NCBI GenBank assembly: GCA_002345215.1
Contig: DDVH01000052.1
Location: 2,522 to 66,521, forward strand
Source of the DNA: Anaerolineales bacterium UBA2317
Lineage (GTDB): Bacteria > Chloroflexota > Anaerolineae > Anaerolineales > Villigracilaceae
Length of the DNA: 64,000 nt
Reading direction: 5' to 3'
The position numbers and the translations under genes are program-made. The notes under the pieces are model-generated. The model searched no databases. It saw nothing but the letters and a program-made list of their open reading frames with translations, and was not told the origin of the DNA. Positions 48,695 through 57,300 of the stretch are shown here, one piece after another (positions within the stretch are counted from its first letter, which is position 1; each line of letters begins with the position of its first letter).

Positions 48695-49882
48695 TTACTT
48701 CTTACTCTTTTTCCCATGCCCCATGATTCTTTGATAAGAGGTCATCCATTCGTGTACCACGTTCATTAGTTCTTGTAGTTGTTTTTCGGTGGTGTCTGTG
48801 GTTTGATGGATTTGGTCTTGTAAGGTTTGGCTAAGGTCTTCGATGCTAGAAATTTGTTTTTGGTATTTATCAATTTCTTTGCGCATGTCACGGAATGATT
48901 CTTCAGATGAAAGGCTATAACCTGTCCAGCGTTTTTGGTCATCGGCTTTGAATGTAATCCATTCTTGTCGCAATCTATCTTCGGCGAGGCGTTGCATTTC
49001 AGTTACTTCGTTAATGCGGCGTTCGAGTTTTGTGTTGAGGTCTACATAAGTATCCTGTGCTTTTTTGGCATTGCGCAAGGCTTCATCTAATTTTTGTAAT
49101 TGTGAATCCATACCTTCGGCTTCTTTGGTGAAGGCGTTAAATTTTTCTTGCCAATCTTTCCAGGCACGGTCACGTTCTATTTGCGCAAGTGACTGTGATT
49201 CGAGGAATGCGGTTTGGGCTTGCTTGCGTTCTGATTCGGAGGCAATTAATTCAGTAAAGCGATTTTCAACATTGCGAATGCTATCAGCATTGATGGTAGA
49301 TTTTTCGCGTGCTTCATCAACGCGTTTGCGCATGGCGGTTAGTTCCCCTTGCATATCAGTGACTCTTTTAAGGTCATTTTTACGAGTTTCATCTAACGCA
49401 CGTAAGGCGCGTTGTACATCGTCATTAGAACGTTTACCTTCTTCTACTGTCAGTTTCAAATCATTGACATTGTTTAAGATTCTTTGAATTTCATCACCAC
49501 GAGCTTTAAGTTGTTTTTTTATCTCTGTTGTATCGGTTGTGGTTTTTAGATTGGCGAGTGTTTTGTTAATTTCAGTTAACTCTGTTTGTAATTTCTTGGC
49601 GGCATCTTTTTCGTCTTTGAGGCGCGCTTTTTCGTTTTCATCAATTTGCTTTAATAAATCTGTACGCTGTTTGGTCATCATAGAATCAAATTGTTCGATG
49701 CGCTTTGCGGCAGGAACTACATCAGTCATTTGTTTGCTGAATGTTTTTAATTGTTTTGAAACCACACTAACAGAAGATTCAAAAGAAGCCAAGCGTTCAC
49801 TTAACGAAGCCAAAGCATCTTTATTTTCGCGTTGTTGTTTATCTAACCATTCAAGGCGTTTGACGATTTGCTCAAATTCCAT
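48695..49882 (-). CDS. Long coiled-coil protein
   Basis: Heptad-like, charged and helical throughout; start ATG 49882 after GGAG. Confidence 0.8.
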   Translation of the reverse strand: MEFEQIVKRLEWLDKQQRENKDALASLSERLASFESSVSVVSKQLKTFSKQMTDVVPAAKRIEQFDSMMTKQRTDLLKQIDENEKARLKDEKDAAKKLQTELTEINKTLANLKTTTDTTEIKKQLKARGDEIQRILNNVNDLKLTVEEGKRSNDDVQRALRALDETRKNDLKRVTDMQGELTAMRKRVDEAREKSTINADSIRNVENRFTELIASESERKQAQTAFLESQSLAQIERDRAWKDWQEKFNAFTKEAEGMDSQLQKLDEALRNAKKAQDTYVDLNTKLERRINEVTEMQRLAEDRLRQEWITFKADDQKRWTGYSLSSEESFRDMRKEIDKYQKQISSIEDLSQTLQDQIHQTTDTTEKQLQELMNVVHEWMTSYQRIMGHGKKSKK

Positions 49883-49952
49883 ATTGTTCTCCAAAATTCA
49901 TCCAGCAGGATGAATCAAATTATACACTTTTACGAAAGAGGAAAGAAGAAAA

Positions 49953-51344
49953 TTATTGACTTAGATGTTCGAATAATGTGGGTGCGTTAATGAGTAAGGA
50001 TTGCAAAATTTGCGGAAATAACCCTAAGATGAAGAGCCCGCTCACGCCTACCGCCAGCATGGTGACTTGTACCCAACTTTCATTTAACTTCCAGCCTGAT
50101 TCGTCTGTCATTACAAATACTGCCAAAGTGCGAAAGGCGGCGATTAACAAACCAAACATGCCTACGAATATCCAAAACAAAATTGACAAGTCGTTGGTGA
50201 GGGATTGCCAAATGGATAAACGTGATGGAAAGCCTGCTAATAAGGGAAAACCAGCAATGGATAAATGTGCAAATACTAAAGAAGCAGTTGCGACAGGGTA
50301 TTTGCGTGCTACTCCTTGCAAATCACTAAATTGTAAAGAAAAGGCTTCGCGTTTGAGAATAGAAAGTGCTAATGCCCAGATTGCTAATTCAAGCCCGCGT
50401 GGGATGAGGGTAAGAAACACAAGGTTGACCATTTGTGTGGTTTGTAAACCAAAAATCAAAAGGATTAAGCCAGTTTGTGCAATAGCGGCGTAGGCGAGAA
50501 TCCGCCCGAAGTGACGTTGGAGTGCGGCGAATAATCCACCACTGGCAACCATGAATAAACCTGCGAATTGAATCGCACTCATTAATTGAGTTGAATTTCT
50601 TAACCATGTGTATCTATCTAAAAAGCCTAATGCAAAAATGGTGGTAAATGTCGGCAATGCCCACAACAGGAATCCCGTAGCATATGGAGGCGTTTCTTCC
50701 ATCATCATAGGAATCCAGTTATAAAGTGGGAAGACGGCGAATAAGAAGGCAAATCCTAAACCGAGCATTACGCCGGCTTGTAATGTTGTGCTTAAGTCGC
50801 TGGGGCTGGCTTCTACACCGGTCAACATCCAACCTGAAAAAAGGATGAATGGCATGGCTAAGGTTTGATAGGTTAAGAATCTCACTACGCCTTGAGCGGG
50901 CTTTTGATAAGGCGGCACTAACAATGGAATGACAAGCATGGTAGCGACTTCAAGCAATAAGGCGGCATATAAAAATGGTTCTACTGCAATAGAAGCTGTG
51001 AGTAAGGCAACAATCATTAATCCAAATGAAACGAAGCGGCTTTGTGTAGCAGAGGCTTCTGTGCCGAAAAACCATAACGATGCTAAGCCATAAATAATTG
51101 CAAGCAAAAAACCATCGGCGGTATTGAGTTCGAAACTGCGACCGAAGAATTGAATGGCTGGTGATATTTTTATTGAAATGGTGCCAAGTAGTAAGGCGAC
51201 ATCAATCGGAATAAACAAAGCAATCAATGCTAATATAGCGGAAATTGCTCCACCGGCAGTTGCGGAAAAGCGTTCGCTGGAGATGAGGAAAATTAAGATA
51301 CCAGCAATAAAAGGAATTGCAATCCATAAAATCGGCGCGCTCAT
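49953..51344 (-). CDS. Proton_antipo_M-like (NuoN/MrpD/HyfF-like) membrane protein
   Basis: About 14 TM; LLEVAT, FPLYNWIP, RILAYAAIAQTG and AGFPLLAGF. Confidence 0.78.
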   Translation of the reverse strand: MSAPILWIAIPFIAGILIFLISSERFSATAGGAISAILALIALFIPIDVALLLGTISIKISPAIQFFGRSFELNTADGFLLAIIYGLASLWFFGTEASATQSRFVSFGLMIVALLTASIAVEPFLYAALLLEVATMLVIPLLVPPYQKPAQGVVRFLTYQTLAMPFILFSGWMLTGVEASPSDLSTTLQAGVMLGLGFAFLFAVFPLYNWIPMMMEETPPYATGFLLWALPTFTTIFALGFLDRYTWLRNSTQLMSAIQFAGLFMVASGGLFAALQRHFGRILAYAAIAQTGLILLIFGLQTTQMVNLVFLTLIPRGLELAIWALALSILKREAFSLQFSDLQGVARKYPVATASLVFAHLSIAGFPLLAGFPSRLSIWQSLTNDLSILFWIFVGMFGLLIAAFRTLAVFVMTDESGWKLNESWVQVTMLAVGVSGLFILGLFPQILQSLLINAPTLFEHLSQ

Positions 51345-51946
51345 AGGTCTTCGTCACTTTCGAGTGGGGTAGAACCTGCTAGCAATAAATATGAGCCGAC
51401 GATGCCCAAACCTAAATTTACAACTGCTAACAAACCTGTCACTAGAATTGCGCTTTCGATGGCGGCATATAAAATTTCAAAGCCTGCTAACATGGTGAGT
51501 AAGCCAAGAATAACTCGCAATAAATTTGTAGTAACGCCTAAGTGAATGATTCCGCCGCCGATTAATAATAAACCACCTGCAATGACTGGCAAACCTAAAC
51601 CCGGAATAGCAGTTTCGATACTTGGTGCCGCGCCAGCAGTGACGAGTGCCACAATGCCCATGAGCGCAATCCGAAAGGCTTGCCCGCGTGGGAAAAATGA
51701 TTCTTCATCTTCCGCATTTGTTAATCCAAGTCGTGTCATTCCTAAAATGGCGACGACCATCCAACCTGTGATTAACTTTGCTGAACCCATAGCAAACGGC
51801 AGGTGACGTGTCACCAACCAAAGCAAGGCGAGATATTGCAATGCCAATGCGCCTAAACTGATACGCCAATCTGTATTAATTAACATGACGGTTGCTGTGA
51901 CGAGAATCAATGTGACAGCAATCCATGAGACAATTTCGGGGAACAT
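51341..51946 (-). CDS. Small multi-TM protein, HyfE/MrpC-like position
   Basis: About 6-7 TM with ALALQY; overlaps or abuts both neighbours. Confidence 0.6.
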   Translation of the reverse strand: MFPEIVSWIAVTLILVTATVMLINTDWRISLGALALQYLALLWLVTRHLPFAMGSAKLITGWMVVAILGMTRLGLTNAEDEESFFPRGQAFRIALMGIVALVTAGAAPSIETAIPGLGLPVIAGGLLLIGGGIIHLGVTTNLLRVILGLLTMLAGFEILYAAIESAILVTGLLAVVNLGLGIVGSYLLLAGSTPLESDEDL

Positions 51947-51947
51947 G

Positions 51948-53498
51948 TTATGAAGCCGCCTGTGTGATTAATGCAACAAATAAAACTAAAAATAGCAACG
52001 TCCACATGATGCCGCCTTCGCCTTCGAGTGTTTTTGTGACGATTTGACTCACTCTGCCGAAAAAGCGATACAGTGACCACAAGCCTTGATATAAATTGTT
52101 TAATCGTGATTCTGTGGTTGAAACCCAGTGAGCGCGAACAGGGTTGAAGATGCGAAATCGCCGACTTGCCCAGACCAAGCCGAAAGTCAAGAGAGAGGCG
52201 ATGATGGCTTGCAACCATGCGCCGATTTGCATCGCGCCGTCCCAGCCGATAAATCCTAAAAGAAATTGAATCAAAATTAATAAAATGATTCCTGATGGAT
52301 ACACGGCTTGCATCCAAGCGGGTTGGTTATCTAATGTGTCTCGATTGGTTGAGCGAAGTGTGTGACGAATAAAACCAGCCATCAGTAAGGCTTGAGCAAT
52401 AATTGCAAATGGAATAAAAAAACTTAAGTTGCCGAGCCATGCACTGGCGGTTAAAGAAAATGGTAAAGCGGAAATACCCAATACGCCAAGTAACATGATG
52501 CGATTAAGCCGAATGTTTTGGGCTGATGCTAGAAATAATGTGCCACCGACCAAAATCAAAGCACAACCCCATGCTACTGCTCCAATTGGGTTGCCACTTA
52601 ATGCTGAAAGAATGGCAAGTGATGCAATGCCAATCACCCAATGGGGGCGACCATTTAATTCATCTGGCGCGCGAAGCCAAGTCCAACCTGCGTAGATGGC
52701 GGCGATTAAAGTCAATGAGATTAAGATAGGCGTGAGACTCGATGTTAAGATACCAACTGGAATACGACCTAATAAAATTAAACTCGATGCGGCTGAAATT
52801 AATCGTAAGGCTGTTCCAAACCCACGCCTCAAATTTGATTCGGGCGCGTATGGCAAATGTAACGGAAGTACGCCCAAACGCAAACCAGAAGCAATCACAA
52901 GAAAAATACCTGCACTGGCAGACATGGATTGAAATTCAAATGTATTGGCTTCGGCAATACTGGTCATACTGCCCCATAATAAAAACCCGATTCCAAATGC
53001 CCGCGTTGAAAAAGAGATGACCACTTTCTCGTTGTTCGATGCGCCATCAACTGAACTCAAGTGAATGATTAATTCTGTTAAATCTAATGCCGCCCACAAT
53101 AATAACAAAGTCAGTGGGTTGTTGGATGTCACTGCTAAAATGCCTGCACCACCCAAAGCCAAAGTCCCTGCCCAAACGGATGTATTCACATAGACAGGTT
53201 GAGTGACAGCCGTTAATAAAATAGATAAAGTTAATGCCGCAATGCTAAGCGCGAATGGAAATGAAATTCCATCAGCAGTAAAAATCAAAGATGAATTAAA
53301 TGCATCTAATGTTGGTATGCCCGGCAAAGCAATATTCAAAGGTAATTGCACAAGCCATAAAAATACACTCACAAAGCCAAGCATCGCGCCACCAACTGCC
53401 ACCAGCCATGTGTAACGCGCTTCAGGGCGAAAAATTCGCAAGCCAACCAAAATCAATGACGTTAGAAAAAATAAAAGACAAGAAATTAAAATGAGCAT
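51948..53498 (-). CDS. Divergent NuoL/HyfB-like membrane protein
   Basis: ADGISFPF, NNPLTLLLLWAALD, LRLGVLPLH and SALPF resemble antiporter-like subunit motifs. Confidence 0.62.
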   Translation of the reverse strand: MLILISCLLFFLTSLILVGLRIFRPEARYTWLVAVGGAMLGFVSVFLWLVQLPLNIALPGIPTLDAFNSSLIFTADGISFPFALSIAALTLSILLTAVTQPVYVNTSVWAGTLALGGAGILAVTSNNPLTLLLLWAALDLTELIIHLSSVDGASNNEKVVISFSTRAFGIGFLLWGSMTSIAEANTFEFQSMSASAGIFLVIASGLRLGVLPLHLPYAPESNLRRGFGTALRLISAASSLILLGRIPVGILTSSLTPILISLTLIAAIYAGWTWLRAPDELNGRPHWVIGIASLAILSALSGNPIGAVAWGCALILVGGTLFLASAQNIRLNRIMLLGVLGISALPFSLTASAWLGNLSFFIPFAIIAQALLMAGFIRHTLRSTNRDTLDNQPAWMQAVYPSGIILLILIQFLLGFIGWDGAMQIGAWLQAIIASLLTFGLVWASRRFRIFNPVRAHWVSTTESRLNNLYQGLWSLYRFFGRVSQIVTKTLEGEGGIMWTLLFLVLFVALITQAAS

Positions 53499-53567
53499 GA
53501 GATAAGTTAATTGTAACAGTTTTATTACTATGGAAATTTATCTTTTTGCCTTTGGTAAAATCCTTGC

Positions 53568-54872
53568 ATGACCTTTCGACCTTTGAGACTATTTAGACCA
53601 ATTAGACTATTCAGACCATTTAGACTACTTGGACTTTTCGGATTACTCATCATCTCTTGTACTACTCCCACCGCCTCACCACCTGACCTGATACCTGCTA
53701 CTGTTCCCGCCAGCAATTTGCCTACACCCACACCATTCCAACCACAGACAATCAATTCCGTAGACCCATACCTTGCATTGACCACACCACAAGCGGTTCC
53801 TACATTTACACCATACCCAGCACAATATGTCTTGCCACAAGATATATCAACTCCTATAGAAATCATCCCATCTTTTGAAAATAATCTAACAACCTACAAT
53901 CCGTTAACTGGATTAGCAGTCAGTGACCCGACGCTTTTACAACGCCGACCACTGGCAATCAAAATTGGCAACTCACCAGATTACGTCCGCCCGCAATCTG
54001 GGCTTTCAATGGCAGACGTTGCTTTTGAATATTACATCGAATGGGGCGATACAAGATTCATCGCAATTTTTTACAGTAATAATGTAGAACGTGTCGGTCC
54101 AGTCCGTTCAGGTAGATTTTTTGATGAACATGTCGCTCGCATGTATCACTCTTACTTAATGTTCAAAGGTGCCGACCCACGCGAATTAAGTTATCTTACT
54201 GATTCAGACTTAAATCCATTTTTGGTGAGCGTTGGCATTGGAGAATGTCCGCCTTATTTTATTGGACCTTACAAACGTGATTCCTATAACAACGTATTTT
54301 TCAACATGCTGAAATGGGATGCTTGTATTGAAAGAAAAGGCTTAGATAATTCTCCACAAGTAATTAGTGGTGGCTTTTTCTCTGAAGAAATGCCGCAATC
54401 TCAATTAACTGCCACCAAAATTTATTCTTATTATTCAGTTTATAACTATAGCTACTGGGAATATGACCCAATTGCCAAAAACTTTATTCGTTATCAGGAA
54501 GCAAAAGATTTAGTGCGCGGAAATGCCGAAGCGTATGCTCCGCTCACCGACGACTACACAGGCTTCCCTATTACGGCAGAGAACGTGGTTGTGATTTTCG
54601 TCCCGCATATTTTTGTAAACACATACAACTCAGAAGATGAGGTGTATCACATTGACTTGATAGATTACGGCAATGCCATCGTTTATCGTGATGGACTTGC
54701 TATCCCAGCCTATTGGATTCGTACGGAAGAAAATCAACCGCTTTTGTTAACCACTTTAACAGGCGACCCAATCTTCTTACGCCCAGGGCAAACTTTTTAT
54801 CAAGTGATGGGAACGACCTCTACTTATACAAATAACGGCACTGAATGGAGATTTGAATTTAGAACGCCATAG
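53568..54872 (+). CDS. DUF3048-like lipoprotein; signal peptide built from a 9-mer tandem repeat
   Basis: NPLTGL, RPLAIKIGN, RPQSGLS, TRFIAIF and GPVRSGR; lipobox IISC. Confidence 0.85.
   Translation: MTFRPLRLFRPIRLFRPFRLLGLFGLLIISCTTPTASPPDLIPATVPASNLPTPTPFQPQTINSVDPYLALTTPQAVPTFTPYPAQYVLPQDISTPIEIIPSFENNLTTYNPLTGLAVSDPTLLQRRPLAIKIGNSPDYVRPQSGLSMADVAFEYYIEWGDTRFIAIFYSNNVERVGPVRSGRFFDEHVARMYHSYLMFKGADPRELSYLTDSDLNPFLVSVGIGECPPYFIGPYKRDSYNNVFFNMLKWDACIERKGLDNSPQVISGGFFSEEMPQSQLTATKIYSYYSVYNYSYWEYDPIAKNFIRYQEAKDLVRGNAEAYAPLTDDYTGFPITAENVVVIFVPHIFVNTYNSEDEVYHIDLIDYGNAIVYRDGLAIPAYWIRTEENQPLLLTTLTGDPIFLRPGQTFYQVMGTTSTYTNNGTEWRFEFRTP
53574..53645 (+). repeat. 9-nt tandem repeat (8 units) within the CDS
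   Basis: TTTCGACCT TTGAGACTA TTTAGACCA ATTAGACTA TTCAGACCA TTTAGACTA CTTGGACTT TTCGGATTA. Confidence 0.8.
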
Positions 54873-54878
54873 CAAATG

Positions 54879-54911
54879 AGACTTCCGAAGTCTTTAAGAC
54901 TTCGGAAGCCT
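54879..54911. repeat. Palindrome (REP-like or terminator)
   Basis: AGACTTCCGAAGTCTT-T-AAGACTTCGGAAGCCT. Confidence 0.7.
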
Positions 54912-54932
54912 ATTATGGATTAAAATATCCCT

Positions 54933-55454
54933 ATGACTTTTGACCCCGTTTTTCTCAGCAGTCTAACATTAGTACTCACCGCATTTGCCGGCGCATTCAT
55001 CATTGCCTTGTGGGTGAGTTTAGTAATATGGACATATCGTGACATTCGCGCCCGCACACGTGACCCATTGATTCAAACTTTAGCCGCATTGCTTGTGGCA
55101 GTATTAAATTTGCCCGGCGTTTTAGTTTACTTAATTCTTCGTCCGCCGCGAACTTTAGAAGAAGAATATCAACATACATTAGAAGAAGAAGCATTACTTC
55201 AAGCGCTTGAAGATTTACCACTTTGCCCCGGCTGTGAAAGACGAGTCAAAGAAGATTGGCAAGTTTGCCCCAATTGCCACACCAAATTAAAGAAGACATG
55301 TCACAACTGTTCAAAGTTTATGGAACTCTCTTGGAACATCTGCCCATTTTGTGGCACACCTGCGCCCGGTATGCGTGTTGAATCTACAAGTATTAGCGAC
55401 GCGCTCAAAAATCTAAAACTAGATGATGACCCCAGCGAAGTAAAAACAGAATAA
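54933..55454 (+). CDS. Membrane-anchored double zinc-ribbon protein
   Basis: Two TM followed by CPGC, CPNC, CHNC and CPFC. Confidence 0.88.
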   Translation: MTFDPVFLSSLTLVLTAFAGAFIIALWVSLVIWTYRDIRARTRDPLIQTLAALLVAVLNLPGVLVYLILRPPRTLEEEYQHTLEEEALLQALEDLPLCPGCERRVKEDWQVCPNCHTKLKKTCHNCSKFMELSWNICPFCGTPAPGMRVESTSISDALKNLKLDDDPSEVKTE

Positions 55455-55483
55455 CATTAACTCAACAAGGTATATAGAATTCA

Positions 55484-56011
55484 ATGAGTGAAAAACAACT
55501 TCAAGGATATTTTGCATTTGACGATTCAGATTTAATCGCCAACAAATTCGGAAGACTTTCTCCCAAACAACAGAAAAAATTAACCTCAAACGACAAATTC
55601 GCCCAACGCTTCATTCTTGGACTTACACTTGTTTGCATCGCGTTAGCATTGTTCTTCATTTATAAAGTCGTCGTGGATTCAACCAGCATTGGTTCATGGA
55701 TTGGTGCTGTATTGGCTATGTTTTTCACCACCTTATTTGGTCGTGGATTGTTCACCAAAGTAGATTACTCCGTCCAAAAGGTGGAAGGTGAAGTGCAATT
55801 TGTGAAAGTAGAAAAACAGACAGGTTCTGTCAATGACCCATCGTACAAACGCCAAACTGTTTCTAGTTACGAAATGCACGTAGGTGGAGAATCTTTTAAC
55901 AATGCCAATCCAGCTCTGATAGAAATTATGCAGGGTGATGTCTATGCTGTTTATTATGCAAAAGGCACAAAACAGATTCTTTCGGTTGAATTTATTGCAA
56001 AAGGAAAATAA
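55484..56011 (+). CDS. Hypothetical membrane protein (2 TM + beta domain)
   Basis: NKFGRLSPKQ N-terminus, two TM segments and a C-terminal beta-rich region. Confidence 0.7.
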   Translation: MSEKQLQGYFAFDDSDLIANKFGRLSPKQQKKLTSNDKFAQRFILGLTLVCIALALFFIYKVVVDSTSIGSWIGAVLAMFFTTLFGRGLFTKVDYSVQKVEGEVQFVKVEKQTGSVNDPSYKRQTVSSYEMHVGGESFNNANPALIEIMQGDVYAVYYAKGTKQILSVEFIAKGK

Positions 56012-56018
56012 ATTTCTC

Positions 56019-56168
56019 AATCCCGAAGGGATGGCATTTTTATAGAACGCAGGCAGTCATTTTAAAAATCCCATAGGGATGACATAATTTTTAATATCTA
56101 TGACACCCCTTTGGGGTTTTATACGAAACAATATCCAATCTATAATCATTTGACCCCTACGGGGTCAA
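56019..56168. repeat. Four-unit REPIN-like cluster
   Basis: AATCCCGAAGGGATGGCAT and AATCCCATAGGGATGACAT (direct), then ATGACACCCCTTTGGGGTT and TTTGACCCCTACGGGGTC (inverted). Confidence 0.78.
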
Positions 56169-56196
56169 AATGAAATGCGGAGCATTTTGCTAAAAA

Positions 56197-57300
56197 ATGA
56201 AAATAGAATCCATCACTCTTTATCACATCTCCATGCCGTTGGTTTCAGCATTTGAAACCTCTTTCGGACGTGAAACGAATCGCGAATGTGTCATTATTGA
56301 AATCCAATCCGAAGGATTAACAGGTTATGGCGAATGTGTCGCCGCGCGTGACCCCGGTTATAGTTATGAAACTGCACAAACATCCATTCATGTGATTAAA
56401 GATTTTGTTTCGGGGTTAATCAAAGGCAAAGATATTAAAGATGCAAACGATTTTCAAAAAAGAGTCGAAGGCATTCGCGGACATCACTTAGCAAAAGCCG
56501 GTGTGGAGATGGCAATTTGGGATTTGCTTGGCAAACGCGAAAATAAGTCACTCAAAGTATTATTTGGCGGTGTGAGAGACAAAGTTGAAGTGGGGGTTTC
56601 GATAGGGATTCAAGAATCAAAAGAAGTATTAGTCAAAACGACACAAGATTATGTTAATCAAGGCTATGCGCGCGTAAAAATAAAAATTAAGCCAACACGA
56701 GATGTGGAAGACGCACAAGCGGTTCGTAAACATTTTCCAAATCTGCGCTTACAAGTAGATGCAAATTCTGCTTATTCAATGGATGACGCGAATACCCTCA
56801 AACCATTAGATGATTTGAATTTATTATTAATCGAACAACCCTTGTTTGAAGATGATATTTGGGATCATCATAAATTTCAGGCTCAATTCAAAACGCCAAT
56901 TTGTTTGGATGAAAGTATTATTACGTCACGCCATGCCCGTTATGCAATTGAGATGAAAGCCTGCAAAATTATCAATATCAAAGCGGGAAGATTAGGCGGA
57001 TTGAGTCAAGCCATTCAAACACATGATATTTGCCAACAAAATCAAATTCCTGTTTGGTGTGGTGGCATGTTAGAAACAGGAATCGGTCGCGCCTCAAACT
57101 TAGCATTGGCATCGCTTCCAAATTTTATTTTGCCTGCTGATGTGTCTGCATCGAATCGCTATTATAAAAAAGATATTACCAACGAAAGTTTTGTGTTGAA
57201 TTCTGATTCAACGATTGATGTTCCAACGAATGCGGGATTAGGTATAACGATTGATAAAGATGCTTTGCAAAGTTATACAATTTCAAAAATTGAATGTTAA
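56197..57300 (+). CDS. menC: o-succinylbenzoate synthase / N-acylamino acid racemase (enolase superfamily)
   Basis: KIKIKP, VDAN, IEQP, LDES, NIK and CGGMLE motifs. Confidence 0.88.
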   Translation: MKIESITLYHISMPLVSAFETSFGRETNRECVIIEIQSEGLTGYGECVAARDPGYSYETAQTSIHVIKDFVSGLIKGKDIKDANDFQKRVEGIRGHHLAKAGVEMAIWDLLGKRENKSLKVLFGGVRDKVEVGVSIGIQESKEVLVKTTQDYVNQGYARVKIKIKPTRDVEDAQAVRKHFPNLRLQVDANSAYSMDDANTLKPLDDLNLLLIEQPLFEDDIWDHHKFQAQFKTPICLDESIITSRHARYAIEMKACKIINIKAGRLGGLSQAIQTHDICQQNQIPVWCGGMLETGIGRASNLALASLPNFILPADVSASNRYYKKDITNESFVLNSDSTIDVPTNAGLGITIDKDALQSYTISKIEC

